NCBI GenBank assembly: GCA_965213925.1
Contig: OZ243927.1
Location: 2,880,001-2,944,000, forward strand
Reading direction: 5' to 3'
From: Trueperaceae bacterium
GTDB taxonomy: Bacteria > Deinococcota > Deinococci > Deinococcales > Trueperaceae
Length of the DNA stretch: 64,000 nt
Both the position numbers and the translations under genes were made by a program. The notes under the pieces are model-generated. The model was given only the letters and a program-made list of their open reading frames with translations. It was not told the origin of the DNA and did no database searches. Below, in pieces: positions 19,993 to 31,360 of the stretch (position 1 is its first letter; each line of letters begins with the position of its first letter).

Positions 19993-21303
19993 TTAAGTCA
20001 GCTTTTTCATAGGACGTTTCTGCCCGTGCTGGAGTAAGACGAGCTGGCTGACGCTGCCGTCCTCCTCGAGAATGAAGCTTATGTCGGCATCGATTTCTTC
20101 GGGGAAGAAGGTCGTTTCGGAGGAGGCTAGCAGCGCGAGTTCACGCTGCCCAGTGGCTTGAGCAAAGAGGCGTCCATTCCTCTCCCTGATCGTGAGCTTG
20201 AAGTCTGGCGTCAGCTCGTAGACGCTCGCGTAGCGCGCCAGAATATCCGGCGCGACCGCTATAGCGCCGCGCGGCGTGGGCGGCTCGACCTCTTGTCCCG
20301 AGGCGATGAGCGCCAGCTCTTGGGCGATGAGCGGCGCGCCGTTCGCCTCGACGTTGCTTAGCACGACCACGTGAAGGTCGTTGTCAGGGCGGTGCAGGGC
20401 CGACGTTCTGAACCCTTCGATGCCGCCGCTGTGACCTACGAGGGAACGCCCTTGTAGGCTGCGAGTCGCAAGCCCGTACCCGTAGAAGCTCTCGTCCTCA
20501 TCACTACCTATCTTCGCTGACGGACGTCGCATCTGCTCGAGACTTCCCTCGCTCAGGACCTCACCTCTGTAGAGCGCCTTCTGCCACTTGTGGAGGTCTT
20601 CGGCGGATGAGTAGAGGCTGCCTGCGCCCGTGTCGAGCCGCGTATCAATATAGTCGCAGGGCTTAAAGTCACCTCGAGCCCAAACGTACCCAGACGCGCG
20701 ACCCGCGATAAGACGGCCCGGCGTCTCCTCTCCTGAGTTATTCATACCGAGCGGGTTGAATATATGCTCGCTTAAAAAGTCCGCGTATCGCTGACCCGAA
20801 ACGTGCTCGACGACGTAAGCGAGCAGCGCGTAGCCCGAGTTGCTGTAGCGAAACTGCGTGCCGGGCTCGAACTCGGGCGGCAAGAACTTAAAGCGCCTGA
20901 CGTTTTTCGCCAGCGTGGCCGGTTGCCTCTTGAACGTCTCGTAATTCTCGAACCCTGTGTAGCTCGGGATGCCCGCGCGGTGTGTGAGGACCTGGTGGAG
21001 CGTGAAGGTGTTGCCCCTCGGGTAGTCGGGCAGGCAAGTCGAGATGGGCGCGTCGAGGTCGAGTAGACCCTGCTCTCGCAGCTTCAGGATGGCGGCGGCG
21101 GTGAACTGTTTGCTGACGGAACCGATACGAAACGCTGTTTTCGGCGTGTTTGGGGCGTTGTGCTCGAGGTTCGCCGTCCCGTAGCCCTCGGCAAGCAGAA
21201 CGTTATCACCCTGCGCAACCAGAGCCGCGCCCATGAACGACCGAGTGTCTCGGTAAGCCTCGAGGTGTGCGCCGAGTTTTCGTGCGATATCTGAGCCTTC
21301 CAT
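19993..21303 (-). CDS. Serine hydrolase (class C beta-lactamase-like) with C-terminal DUF3471-like domain
   Basis: SVSK, YSN and HSG motifs; start probably the ATG at 21303 (ORF open to 21372). Confidence 0.88.
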   Translation of the reverse strand: MEGSDIARKLGAHLEAYRDTRSFMGAALVAQGDNVLLAEGYGTANLEHNAPNTPKTAFRIGSVSKQFTAAAILKLREQGLLDLDAPISTCLPDYPRGNTFTLHQVLTHRAGIPSYTGFENYETFKRQPATLAKNVRRFKFLPPEFEPGTQFRYSNSGYALLAYVVEHVSGQRYADFLSEHIFNPLGMNNSGEETPGRLIAGRASGYVWARGDFKPCDYIDTRLDTGAGSLYSSAEDLHKWQKALYRGEVLSEGSLEQMRRPSAKIGSDEDESFYGYGLATRSLQGRSLVGHSGGIEGFRTSALHRPDNDLHVVVLSNVEANGAPLIAQELALIASGQEVEPPTPRGAIAVAPDILARYASVYELTPDFKLTIRERNGRLFAQATGQRELALLASSETTFFPEEIDADISFILEEDGSVSQLVLLQHGQKRPMKKLT

Positions 21304-21644
21304 AACTTTTGTCACTATAGACCACAAGAGGTGGGAGCATGCTCGAGTCCCAAGTTGCGAAACCTCGGGCACGGTCCTACCTCCGTATTTACCTGCGGCT
21401 GCTTCTGTGCTCGAGCAAGATATTTAACATGAGACGACATTGAAAGGACGCCCAACGCGCTTTAGTGACTTGTGAAATCTTCTTTGTGAGAGCGTGCTCG
21501 TATAATGATTCACAGAAACGCAAACCGCCCCATCTCTGATGCTGCGAGAGTTCAGGCTCTGGGCGGGTTCAGTACGCGACCAAGAGGTCATGACGCAACG
21601 CTCATGAAAGGCTTTGCATCACGTCATCTCGCGGGAGGAGTTTT

Positions 21645-23471
21645 ATGAGACTATCGGCTTTTTTCGTTCTGTTGCTACTCGTGGGCGGCGCGTCGGCGCA
21701 AGACGCGACCGGTGTTCAGGAGGCACACGCGCTGACCCTCTTGGACGAGGTCAAGTACGGTCCTGACTTCGAGCACTTCGACTACGTCAACCCGGATGCG
21801 CCTAAAGGCGGCGAAGTGCGGCTCGCGACGGTCGGCACGGGCTTCGATACGCTCAATCCCTTTATCCTTAAAGGGGTTAAGGCCTCGGGGCTGGGAAACA
21901 CGTACGATACGCTCCTCAAACAGTCGTTCGACGAACCATCTAGCTCTTACGGTCTCCTCGCCGAGTCGGTCCGCGTAGCAGAGGACAACGCCTGGGTCGA
22001 ATTCGACCTGCGCGAGGGCGCACGTTGGCACGACGGTACGCCCCTTACGGTGGACGATGTCATCTTCTCTTTTGAGACGCTGATGGCAGAGGGGCATCCC
22101 TTCTACCAGAGCTACTTTGCGAGCGTCGCAGACGTCGAGGCCGTCGGCGAGCGCACGGTGCGCTTCACCTTTCAGGGCGACCTCAACCGCGAACTCGCCT
22201 TTATCGTTGGTGATGACTTGCCTATCCTTCCTCAGCACTACTGGGAAGGTCGCGACTTCGACCAGACGACCCTCGAGCCCCCCTTGGGCAGCGGTCCTTA
22301 CCGAATCGCTAACGTGGACCCAGGTCGCTCCATCACCTACGAGCGCGTGCCTGACTACTGGGGTACGGATTTGCCTGTGAATGTTGGACAGAATAACTTC
22401 GGCACTGTCACCTACGACTACTACCGCGACAATACAGTGGCCATTGAAGCGCTCAAAGCCTACGAGTACGACTTTCGCGCTGAGAACTCCTCTAAGGAGT
22501 GGGCGACCTCGTACAACCTCCCGGTGGTGGACGAGGGATTACTCGTCAAAGAACTCGTGCCCGACGCCAACGGCAGGGGGATGCAGGCGTTCTGGCTGAA
22601 TACCCGGCGCGACAAGTTCGCCGACCCGAGGGTGCGCGAGGCGCTCGGTTACGCCTTCGACTTCGAGTGGTCGAACGAGAACCTCTTCTTCGGTCAATAT
22701 ACCCGCACGGACAGCTTTTTCGAGAACAGCGAGCTGGCCTCATCAGGTATACCTGAAGGGCAGGAGCTAGAACTTTTGGAGCCTTACCGCGACCAACTTC
22801 CTGAAGAGGTCTTCAGCGAGCCCTTCGCGCTTCCCGTTTCGGACGGCTCGGGTAACCTCCGCAGCAACCTGCGCGCGGCGCGGCAACTGCTCCAGGAAGC
22901 GGGCTGGGAGATTCGGAACGGTCAGCTCACGAACATGGAGACGGGTGAGGTTATGACGATAGAATTTCTTCTCAATTCTCCTACTTATGAACGCATTGTC
23001 GCCCCGATGATTCAAAACCTCGAGCGCTTAGGTGTTCAGGCTAACTTGCGTACTGTCGACTCAGCGCAGTACCAGAATCTCGTACAGGACTTTAACTATG
23101 ATGTTATCTTGGAGGTGGTAGCTCAGTCGCTCAGCCCCGGCAACGAGCAGCGAGAGTTTTTTGGGTCGGAGGCCGCCGCCACGCCTGGTACCCGCAACTA
23201 TGCGGGCATTCAAGACCCAACAATAGATGCGCTGACCGAGAAGGTTATCGCTGCTCCTGACCGCGAGACTTTAGTTGCCGCTACGCACGCGCTAGACCGC
23301 GTGCTCCTCTGGAATTACTACGTGATTCCTAACTGGTATCTTCCGGAAACCCGAATCATCTACTGGGACAAGTTCGGTCAGCCAGAAATCGCGCCGACCT
23401 ATGCGCTCGGCTTCCCGAGCACGTGGTGGCTTGACGAGTCGGAGCTAGCGGAACTCGAGGCCGCCCGTTAG
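21645..23471 (+). CDS. yejA: ABC oligopeptide/microcin C substrate-binding protein
   Basis: HFDYVNPDAPKGG, FDTLNPFILKG, PPLGSGPY, SLSPGNEQR. Confidence 0.9.
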   Translation: MRLSAFFVLLLLVGGASAQDATGVQEAHALTLLDEVKYGPDFEHFDYVNPDAPKGGEVRLATVGTGFDTLNPFILKGVKASGLGNTYDTLLKQSFDEPSSSYGLLAESVRVAEDNAWVEFDLREGARWHDGTPLTVDDVIFSFETLMAEGHPFYQSYFASVADVEAVGERTVRFTFQGDLNRELAFIVGDDLPILPQHYWEGRDFDQTTLEPPLGSGPYRIANVDPGRSITYERVPDYWGTDLPVNVGQNNFGTVTYDYYRDNTVAIEALKAYEYDFRAENSSKEWATSYNLPVVDEGLLVKELVPDANGRGMQAFWLNTRRDKFADPRVREALGYAFDFEWSNENLFFGQYTRTDSFFENSELASSGIPEGQELELLEPYRDQLPEEVFSEPFALPVSDGSGNLRSNLRAARQLLQEAGWEIRNGQLTNMETGEVMTIEFLLNSPTYERIVAPMIQNLERLGVQANLRTVDSAQYQNLVQDFNYDVILEVVAQSLSPGNEQREFFGSEAAATPGTRNYAGIQDPTIDALTEKVIAAPDRETLVAATHALDRVLLWNYYVIPNWYLPETRIIYWDKFGQPEIAPTYALGFPSTWWLDESELAELEAAR

Positions 23472-23483
23472 GGCGCAGCTTCC

Positions 23484-24581
23484 ATGCTCGCCTACATCGT
23501 CCGCAGACTTCTACTTATTATCCCGACACTCTTCGGCATCATGCTCATCAATTTCGCGCTCATTCAGGCCGCTCCCGGCGGTCCGGTTGAGCAGGCCTTA
23601 GCGCAACTCCAGGGGGGTGCGGTCGAGGCGACTGCCCGCATTACGGGCAATGATCAGCGAGAAGCTAGTGGACCGGGCAGCTCTGGCAACGCCCCTACGG
23701 GCCGCTATCACGGAGCCCAGGGGCTCGACCCGGACTTCGTTCTGGAGCTAGAGCAGATGTACGGCTTCGACAAGCCCGCGCATGTGCGCTTTTTCGACAT
23801 GATCGGCGACTATCTCCGCTTCGACTTCGGTGAGAGCTTCTTTCGCGACCGGAGTGTGGTGGCGCTCGTCATGGACAAGCTGCCCGTCTCCATCTCGCTC
23901 GGGCTCTGGACAACACTCATCGTCTACCTCGTCTCGATCCCTTTGGGTATCGCCAAGGCAGTTCGAGACGGCTCCAAGTTCGACGTCTGGACGTCCAGCC
24001 TCATCATCATCGGCAACGCTATCCCCGGCCTCCTCTTCGCGATTCTCCTTATTGTGCTCTTTGCAGGCGGGAGCTACTTCGACCTCTTTCCGCTGCGCGG
24101 GCTCACCTCGCCGAACTTCGAAAGTCTGTCGCCTCTCGGCAAGGCCGCCGACTACGCCTGGCACCTCGCACTGCCCGTCCTCTCGATGGTTATCGGCGGC
24201 TTCGCGGGTCTCACGCTCTTGACCAAGAACTCCTTTTTAGACGAAGTCAATAAGCAGTACGTGCTGACGGCGCGGGCGAAGGGCCTGACCGAGCGCCGCG
24301 TGCTCTACGGACACGTTTTCCGCAACGCCATGCTGATCGTTATCGCGGGCTTCCCGGCGGCCTTCGTCGGCGTCCTCTTCACGGGCTCGCTCATAACCGA
24401 GGTGATCTTCTCGCTCGACGGGCTTGGGCTTTTAGGGTATGAAGCGGCCATCAACCGCGACTACCCGGTGATGTTCGGCACGCTCTACTTCTTCACGCTC
24501 TTGGGCCTCGTGATGCAGCTTATCGGCGACCTGAGCTACACCGTCATCGACCCGCGCATCGACTTCGAAGGGCAGGGCTGA
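23484..24581 (+). CDS. yejB: ABC permease YejB
   Basis: [38 protein letters not shown]. Confidence 0.92.
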   Translation: MLAYIVRRLLLIIPTLFGIMLINFALIQAAPGGPVEQALAQLQGGAVEATARITGNDQREASGPGSSGNAPTGRYHGAQGLDPDFVLELEQMYGFDKPAHVRFFDMIGDYLRFDFGESFFRDRSVVALVMDKLPVSISLGLWTTLIVYLVSIPLGIAKAVRDGSKFDVWTSSLIIIGNAIPGLLFAILLIVLFAGGSYFDLFPLRGLTSPNFESLSPLGKAADYAWHLALPVLSMVIGGFAGLTLLTKNSFLDEVNKQYVLTARAKGLTERRVLYGHVFRNAMLIVIAGFPAAFVGVLFTGSLITEVIFSLDGLGLLGYEAAINRDYPVMFGTLYFFTLLGLVMQLIGDLSYTVIDPRIDFEGQG

Positions 24582-24582
24582 G

Positions 24583-25716
24583 GTGGAGGGGAACCTGCGG
24601 AGCGTCGGGGACGCCGTCACAGACCCAGCCCACCCTGCCACCTCTCCAGCCTCACCTCCTTTAAGCCACGAGCGGCTCTTTGGCTTGCCAGTCTCCAAGC
24701 TCACTAAGCGGCGCTGGGCACAGTTTAAGGCGAACCGGCGGGCTTACTGGAGCCTATGGATTTTCTTAGCACTTTTCCTAGTGACGCTGCCCGCTGAACT
24801 TATCGCTAACGACAAGCCACTCCTGGTGTCCTTCGAGGGATCGCTCTACTTTCCCGTTCTCCAAGCCTACCCCGAGACCGCTTTTGGCGGCGACTTCGAC
24901 ACCGAAGCCGAGTACCGCGACCCCTTCGTGAAGGAGCTTATCGAAGAGAACGGCTGGACGCTCTGGCCGCCCGTGCGCTTCTCTTACGACACAGTCAACT
25001 ACGATCTCAGCGTGCCCTCGCCCGCGCCGCCCTCGAGCGAAAACCTCTTAGGCACCGACGACCAGGCACGCGACGTGCTGGCCCGCGCCATCTACGGCTT
25101 TCGGGTCTCTATCTTATTCAGCCTCATCCTGACGCTGTTAAGCTCGGTGGTGGGCATTGCGGCGGGCGCGGTACAGGGTTATTTCGGCGGCTGGGTGGAC
25201 CTCATATTCCAGCGGGTGATGGAGGTTTGGGGCGGCGTCCCGACGCTCTATCTGCTCATCATCCTAGCGAGCGTGGTGCAGACGACCTTCTGGGTACTTT
25301 TGGGCTTTTTGCTGCTCTTTAGCTGGATGGGACTCGTCGGGGTGGTCCGCGCTGAGGTGCTGCGGGCGCGTAACTTCGACTTTGTGCGCTCAGCCAAGGC
25401 GTTGGGCGTGAGTGACCTGGGCATTATGCTCCGTCACGTGCTTCCGAACGCGATGGTCGCGACCTTCACCTTTTTACCCTTTATCCTTGTAGGCGCGGTC
25501 GGTACGCTCGCTACACTCGACTTCTTAGGCTTCGGCTTTCCGCCGGGGTCGCCCTCTTTGGGCGAACTCCTCAACCAGGGCAAGCGCAACTTGCAAGCGC
25601 CCTGGCTCGGACTCACTGGCTTTTTTGTCCTCGCCACCATGCTCTCGCTCCTAGTCTTCATCGGCGAGGGAGTGCGCGACGCCTTCGACGTGCGCAAGAC
25701 CTTGGGACGTAAATGA
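24583..25716 (+). CDS. yejE: ABC permease YejE
   Basis: AELIANDKP, LGTDDQARDV, FIGEGVRDAFD. Confidence 0.92.
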   Translation: MEGNLRSVGDAVTDPAHPATSPASPPLSHERLFGLPVSKLTKRRWAQFKANRRAYWSLWIFLALFLVTLPAELIANDKPLLVSFEGSLYFPVLQAYPETAFGGDFDTEAEYRDPFVKELIEENGWTLWPPVRFSYDTVNYDLSVPSPAPPSSENLLGTDDQARDVLARAIYGFRVSILFSLILTLLSSVVGIAAGAVQGYFGGWVDLIFQRVMEVWGGVPTLYLLIILASVVQTTFWVLLGFLLLFSWMGLVGVVRAEVLRARNFDFVRSAKALGVSDLGIMLRHVLPNAMVATFTFLPFILVGAVGTLATLDFLGFGFPPGSPSLGELLNQGKRNLQAPWLGLTGFFVLATMLSLLVFIGEGVRDAFDVRKTLGRK

Positions 25717-25726
25717 GGGGACGCAG

Positions 25727-27328
25727 ATGAGCCTTCTGGAGATCGAAAATTTAGGCGTCCGCTTCGACTTAGAGAGCGAGACCGTCGAGGCGGTACGGGG
25801 CGTGGACCTAAAGGTTGAGCAGGGTGAGACCGTCGCCGTCGTGGGCGAATCGGGCTCAGGCAAATCAGTTACAGCGCTCTCCGTGCTACAACTCCTACCT
25901 TATCCCAGAGCCTCGCACCCGCATGGCAGCGTCCGCTTCGGCGGCGAAGAACTGCTAGGGGCGACCGAGCACACGCTTCGCGGCGTCCGGGGCAACCGCA
26001 TCTCGATGATCTTTCAAGAGCCTATGACCTCTTTGAACCCGCTTCATACGGTGGAGAAGCAGGTCAGTGAGGTGCTCACGCTGCACCAGGGGCTGAGCCG
26101 CAAAGGGGCGCGGGAGCGGACCTTAGAGCTTCTCGCGCGCGTCGGGCTGCCCGACCCGGAGAAGCGCCTCAACGCTTACCCGCACCAACTCTCGGGCGGG
26201 CAGCGGCAGCGCGTGATGATCGCGATGGCTTTAGCCAACGAGCCCGACCTGCTCATCGCCGACGAGCCCACCACTGCCCTCGACGTAACTATCCAGGCGC
26301 AGATTTTAGAACTCCTCGAGGAGCTGCAAAAGGAGTTCGGCATGGCGATCATGCTCATCACCCACGACTTGAGCATTGTGCGGCACATCGCCGACCGCGT
26401 CTACGTCATGACCCAAGGTAAGGTCGTCGAGAAGGGAAGGACGAAAGACCTCTTCGTCGACCCGCAGCACGCTTACACCCGCAAGCTCCTGGACGCTGAA
26501 CCCAAAGGGCAGCCGCGCCCCGCTGACGAGAACGCGCCCTCTCTCCTAAACGCGGACGACCTCAAGGTCTGGTTTCCCATCCAGCGCGGCGTCTTACGGC
26601 GCACCGTGGACCACGTCAAGGCGGTGGACGGTATCACCGTGAACTTGCGCGAGGGGCAGACGTTAGGCGTCGTAGGTGAATCCGGCTCGGGTAAGACGAC
26701 GCTTGGGCTAGCGCTCTTAAAGCTCGTCTCGAGTCGCGGTCCTATCCAGTTTGGCGGGCGCGACCTGCAAAGCCTGCGGCGTCACCAGATGAGAGCGTTG
26801 CGTGGCGAGTTACAAGTCGTTTTCCAGGACCCTTTCAGCTCCTTGAGTCCCAGACTCTCCGTATTCCAGATCATCGAGGAGGGTCTCCTCGTCCACAAGG
26901 TCGGTACGACCTTACAGGAGCGGCGGCAAATCGTCGCCCAGGCGCTCTTCGAGGTCGGGCTCGACCCGCTCTCAATGGACCGTTTCCCGCATGAGTTTTC
27001 AGGCGGGCAGCGGCAGCGCGTCGCTATCGCTCGGGCAATGGTCCTTAAGCCGCGCCTGGTCGTGCTCGACGAGCCCACCAGTGCACTCGACATGACCGTT
27101 CAGGCGCAGATTATCGCGCTCCTTCAGGACTTGCAAGCTAAGCACAACCTCACCTACCTCTTCATCAGCCACGACTTGCGAGTGGTGCGGGCGCTTGCTA
27201 ACGATATCATCGTGATGAAAGACGGCCGGGTAGTTGAGTACGGTTTAGCTGAGCAGATTTTTGGAGACCCGCAGCACCCCTACACGAAGGCGCTGCTCGC
27301 GGCGGCCTTTGATGTAGAAACAGCTTGA
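25727..27328 (+). CDS. yejF: Double-domain ABC ATPase YejF
   Basis: Two GESGSGK Walker A and two SGGQRQR signatures. Confidence 0.9.
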   Translation: MSLLEIENLGVRFDLESETVEAVRGVDLKVEQGETVAVVGESGSGKSVTALSVLQLLPYPRASHPHGSVRFGGEELLGATEHTLRGVRGNRISMIFQEPMTSLNPLHTVEKQVSEVLTLHQGLSRKGARERTLELLARVGLPDPEKRLNAYPHQLSGGQRQRVMIAMALANEPDLLIADEPTTALDVTIQAQILELLEELQKEFGMAIMLITHDLSIVRHIADRVYVMTQGKVVEKGRTKDLFVDPQHAYTRKLLDAEPKGQPRPADENAPSLLNADDLKVWFPIQRGVLRRTVDHVKAVDGITVNLREGQTLGVVGESGSGKTTLGLALLKLVSSRGPIQFGGRDLQSLRRHQMRALRGELQVVFQDPFSSLSPRLSVFQIIEEGLLVHKVGTTLQERRQIVAQALFEVGLDPLSMDRFPHEFSGGQRQRVAIARAMVLKPRLVVLDEPTSALDMTVQAQIIALLQDLQAKHNLTYLFISHDLRVVRALANDIIVMKDGRVVEYGLAEQIFGDPQHPYTKALLAAAFDVETA

Positions 27329-27688
27329 TCAGTCGAAAGAGTAAGCAGGGTGCAGCTACGGAAAAAGTCCGAAAGATGCAGAACCGAGCAAACGCTTCTG
27401 CGCGAGACGCGCGCGTTAACCGCAGAAGACTGCTACCCCACGAAAGCGTATTGCGCTTACGCACGCCTCGACCCGTACTGCAACCTAAAACTGGCGAATC
27501 ACTTCATTGCTTATCCTATTGCTATCTTTTTACTTCTTGAAAAAGGACGTTTACCATAGCAGTTCTCGCCGTCGCAGCACCAAACCATGCCGCGGCACGT
27601 GCCGAACAGCACTTACGTCTGTAACTTCGCGCTGTCTATGATGCCCTTGTGACGCTGCCATCAACACGTCACCTGAAAGGAAGGCGTC

Positions 27689-29209
27689 ATGTTGAACCCA
27701 CCCTGGTCAAGGCGTAAACCGCAGAAAGGTGTCAAGGTGAAGGTCGGCCAGGCTGAAAGGTGGCTGACGTTGGCTACCGGTTTCGCGTTGCTCACCTTGT
27801 CAAACGGACGCTTTGCCGTACCGATAGCTGCTTGGCTCGCCCCTATTTTTCTCCTGCGCTTCATGCGTGGCGGCGGGGCAAGGCGGGGTTTGCTTGTCTA
27901 CGGCGCGCTGTTCGCCAGCTTTATGGTGATGTGGCCCGGCTGGATTCCCGTACCCCCTGCCATGTTTCTAGTCATGGCAGCCAGCCTCAGTCTTTTTCAA
28001 CTTTTACCGTTTCTCGTTGATAGCTGGCTCAGCCATAGACTACCCGCTTTTGCGGCCACCTTTGGTTTGCCGACAGCTACTGTTGCCTTTAACTACACCA
28101 TGTCCACATTTTCACCCTATGGTACAAACGCAGATATCGCCTATTCGCAGGCGGGTGTGCTCGAGCTGACCCAACTGCTCTCTGTTACAGGTATTCATGG
28201 CGTGACCTTTTTACTGTACTGGTTTGCCGCCACGGTAGCCGGTGTCTGGGCGGACGGCTTGAGCCGCCCTTGTTACCCCCGCATGCTGACGATGCTCGGG
28301 TGTCTCGCCGCCCTTTTTATCGCGGGCGGCTTGCGTAGCGAGCTACCGGCACCAACTAAAACGGTCCGTGTCGCGGCTGTCGTGAGCGACCAGGGCGCGC
28401 TTTACGAAGCTATCGGCACAACCGGCTTCGACCTTCACGCGGCTACGCCGACGCCGCCGGAGGTGCGTTTACTGATCGAGGCGCATCACGACGACCTGTT
28501 CGAGCGTAGCGAACGAGAGGCCAGGGCAGGCGCGAAGATCATCGCCTGGGCTGAGGGGGACGCTCTCGTACGCCGAGGGGAAGAAGCGGCGATGTTTGGG
28601 CGTGCCGCCGCACTCTCTAAGCGCTATGAGATTTACTTGATCGTCGCCGCTGCAACCGTCGTTCCCGGTCAACCGCTGGTCGAAAACAAACTGGTGACGT
28701 TTGGTCCTAGCGGCGCGCAAATCGGTGAGTACTTTAAGACGAAGATCGTTCCAGGAGATACGAATGTGGTAGGCGACGGCAACATGCTCGTGCTAGACAC
28801 CGCGTACGGCCGTATTGCCCAAGCTATCTGTTTCGACCTGGACTTTCCCGCGTTTGCCCGTCAAGCAGGAGCTGCGGACGCCGATATAATTATTGCGCCC
28901 TCGAGCGATTGGCAGGCCATCAACCCGTACCACAGCTTGATGGCTTCTTTTCGCGGCGTCGAAAACGGCACTTCGGTCGTGAGGCCCACCCACCGTGGCC
29001 GCTCGCTCGCCAGCGATTATCAGGGCCGCGTTTTAGCGCAAACCGACTACTTTCAGACCACACCGCCCACGATGGTCGCCGACGTTCCTATCCAGGGAGT
29101 AAAGACCCTTTATGCCCGCTTCGGTGACTGGTTTGCCTGGCTCAGTATAATCGTCTTAGCCGGATTGACCCTTTGGGCGCGCCAAACACCTGTTGCCATG
29201 ACAAGGTGA
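27689..29209 (+). CDS. Apolipoprotein N-acyltransferase-like membrane CN hydrolase
   Basis: TM N-terminus; nitrilase triad WAE, K, ICFD; RGVENG. Confidence 0.8.
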   Translation: MLNPPWSRRKPQKGVKVKVGQAERWLTLATGFALLTLSNGRFAVPIAAWLAPIFLLRFMRGGGARRGLLVYGALFASFMVMWPGWIPVPPAMFLVMAASLSLFQLLPFLVDSWLSHRLPAFAATFGLPTATVAFNYTMSTFSPYGTNADIAYSQAGVLELTQLLSVTGIHGVTFLLYWFAATVAGVWADGLSRPCYPRMLTMLGCLAALFIAGGLRSELPAPTKTVRVAAVVSDQGALYEAIGTTGFDLHAATPTPPEVRLLIEAHHDDLFERSEREARAGAKIIAWAEGDALVRRGEEAAMFGRAAALSKRYEIYLIVAAATVVPGQPLVENKLVTFGPSGAQIGEYFKTKIVPGDTNVVGDGNMLVLDTAYGRIAQAICFDLDFPAFARQAGAADADIIIAPSSDWQAINPYHSLMASFRGVENGTSVVRPTHRGRSLASDYQGRVLAQTDYFQTTPPTMVADVPIQGVKTLYARFGDWFAWLSIIVLAGLTLWARQTPVAMTR

Positions 29210-29289
29210 GGGCTCGAGCCTTCAACCTGAACCGCTAATCGCGGCGTCGCGATAGGTTCACTAGACCACTCGGAGAGGCTGACAGTCTG

Positions 29290-30534
29290 ATGATCAAACC
29301 ACCCTTGCTTGCGCGCGCCGTGCTCAACGCCCGCACGCTGGCCTTTCTGCTCGTCGGCGCAGGGATTTTCGGCATTGTGGCGAGTATGGTGCCGACGCTT
29401 TTTACAGCGTCACTTGCGCCTGCAACCCTTTACGCAGCGGTTTTGCTGAGCGCCTGCTTGTGCTGGGCGCTTATACTCGCCGTTTTGTCGCAACACCGGG
29501 CTCTGCGGCTGCACCTGACGCTTTTAGGGGGCGCGGCTTGCATCATAGCGATGTTTTGGCTTCAACCCGAACAGTTCGGTAACGTGTTCATCTTCTTTTT
29601 TATGTTGGGGGGCGTTGCCGCCGTGCTATTGCCGTTACCGCAAGCGTTGCCCTGGGAAGTCCTTTTTTACCTACTGACCCTGCTCAATGCTTGGCTGGCT
29701 TTTGGGCTCGGCGGTTTGTCGGGTTGGTACGGAGCAGTTGGGGCGTATATATTTTTCGGGATTTTTGGTTTCATCCTTCAGCAAGCGGATAGCAACTTTA
29801 GGCGCAATGTGGAACTGTATGACGAATTGCAAAGCGCACATGAGCAGCTGCGGCGCTACGCGCAGCAAGAGCAGCAGCTCGCCGTCGCCGAGGAACGCAA
29901 CCGTTTAGCGCGTGAGATGCACGATTCGTTGGGGCACCAGTTGACCGTCGTGATGATGCAACTGGAGGGGGCGCAGCGCCTCGCACAGAGCGACCCGGCG
30001 CACGCAGCCCAGCTCACCGCCAGCGCACGTCGGCAGCTTAAAGAGGCGATGAACGAACTGCGCAACCTGCTCAACACCTTGCGCACTACCCCCGAGGACG
30101 ACGGGAGTAACGCCTCGCTACCAAAAAAGGATACAGCAGCAAGTCTCGAGCACCTCATCGACACGTTCGCCCTGGCGACAGGTTTGCATATCTCCTTTCA
30201 AGCGTCGGCGTTGCCAACACTACCTGCTGCCGTTGCACAAGCCATCTACCGAACGGTACAAGAAGGTCTGACCAACGTCCACCGACATGCGTCCGCAGAG
30301 CGTGCGTGGGTGACTCTGGAAACTTCGGGCGATATGCTCAGGGTGCGCATAGATGATGACGGTGTGGGATTTGGATCGAGCGAGAAAGACGGCTCGTTTG
30401 GTCTTATCGGCTTGCAAGAGAGAGCGGCGGCGGTAGGGGGCAACTTAACTCTTACAGCGCGTGCGGGGGGCGGAACCACCCTCCGTTTTGACATCGAAGA
30501 CGTACGGGAAGATGTGCGGGGCAAGCGTGAATAA
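29290..30534 (+). CDS. Membrane sensor histidine kinase (HisKA_3)
   Basis: ERNRLAREMHDSLGH, EGLTNVHRH, DDGVGF, GLIGLQER. Confidence 0.93.
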   Translation: MIKPPLLARAVLNARTLAFLLVGAGIFGIVASMVPTLFTASLAPATLYAAVLLSACLCWALILAVLSQHRALRLHLTLLGGAACIIAMFWLQPEQFGNVFIFFFMLGGVAAVLLPLPQALPWEVLFYLLTLLNAWLAFGLGGLSGWYGAVGAYIFFGIFGFILQQADSNFRRNVELYDELQSAHEQLRRYAQQEQQLAVAEERNRLAREMHDSLGHQLTVVMMQLEGAQRLAQSDPAHAAQLTASARRQLKEAMNELRNLLNTLRTTPEDDGSNASLPKKDTAASLEHLIDTFALATGLHISFQASALPTLPAAVAQAIYRTVQEGLTNVHRHASAERAWVTLETSGDMLRVRIDDDGVGFGSSEKDGSFGLIGLQERAAAVGGNLTLTARAGGGTTLRFDIEDVREDVRGKRE

Positions 30535-31180
30535 AACCATCCGGGTCATGATTGTCGACGACCAGAGACTGATTCGCCAAGGTCTAAAGCTGCTTCTCGA
30601 ACTCGAGCCTGACATCACCGTTGTCGCTGAAGCTGAAAATGGACAGGACGCCCTTGACCTGTTCTCCCAGACCCATCCTGATGTCGTTCTGATGGACGTG
30701 CAGATGCCCATCTTAGACGGAGTGAAAGCGACGCGCGTACTCACAGAACGTTTCACTGATACAAATGTTATTGTGCTGACCACCTTTAACAAAGACCACT
30801 ACGTGATAGAGGCGGTGCAAGCAGGTGCCAAAGGCTTTTTACTCAAAGACAGTTCCGGTGAAGAGATCGCCGCAGCTGTTCGCGCTGTCAGGCAAGGTAA
30901 AGCGATGATCGACCCAGCCGCCGCCAACGCCCTTTTTGAGGCTGTCTCTCACGCCCCACCACCCTCACAACCCTCGCAACCGATGACAGAACCTCTTTCA
31001 GGTCGAGAAATAGCCGTTTTGCGGCTGGTTGCTGGCGGTATGACCAACGCTCAGATTGCGGCTGAACTCAGGCTTGCCGACGGGACAGTTAAAAATTACG
31101 TCAGCGCCATTATCCAGAAAACAGCAAGCCGAGACCGCACCGAAGCTGCTGTCAAAGCGCGCACGTTGGGGTTGATTTGA
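30527..31180 (+). CDS. NarL/LuxR response regulator
   Basis: IVDDQ, LMDVQMP, LLKD, LuxR HTH; GTG start overlapping the kinase end. Confidence 0.93.
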   Translation: MNKTIRVMIVDDQRLIRQGLKLLLELEPDITVVAEAENGQDALDLFSQTHPDVVLMDVQMPILDGVKATRVLTERFTDTNVIVLTTFNKDHYVIEAVQAGAKGFLLKDSSGEEIAAAVRAVRQGKAMIDPAAANALFEAVSHAPPPSQPSQPMTEPLSGREIAVLRLVAGGMTNAQIAAELRLADGTVKNYVSAIIQKTASRDRTEAAVKARTLGLI

Positions 31181-31360
31181 TAGGCAAGCATTCACCCCTA
31201 AGGTTCCCCTAGTTCTGTCTGACCGCGTGTGCTTAGCGATGATTTTAATCGCCAATCCTTGTGCGGTAGATGCGCACGTCTGTGGCACAATATCCTACCT
31301 GCACCTGGCGCTGGTCGAGCTGGACCTCTATAGTGAGGCAGGGGCGACGAGGAGATTATA

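Larger units (their letters stand above)
8038..21303. mobile_element. Integrative element/genomic island at tRNA-Arg (right boundary uncertain)
   Basis: Integrase beside a tRNA, primase + helicase, IS remnants, Fic TA and cargo genes before the yej operon; no attR duplication found by eye. Confidence 0.55.

Noticed and set aside
21500..21640. Riboswitch upstream of yejA
   Set aside because: A TATAAT box and some stems are present, but no aptamer consensus that I recognise.
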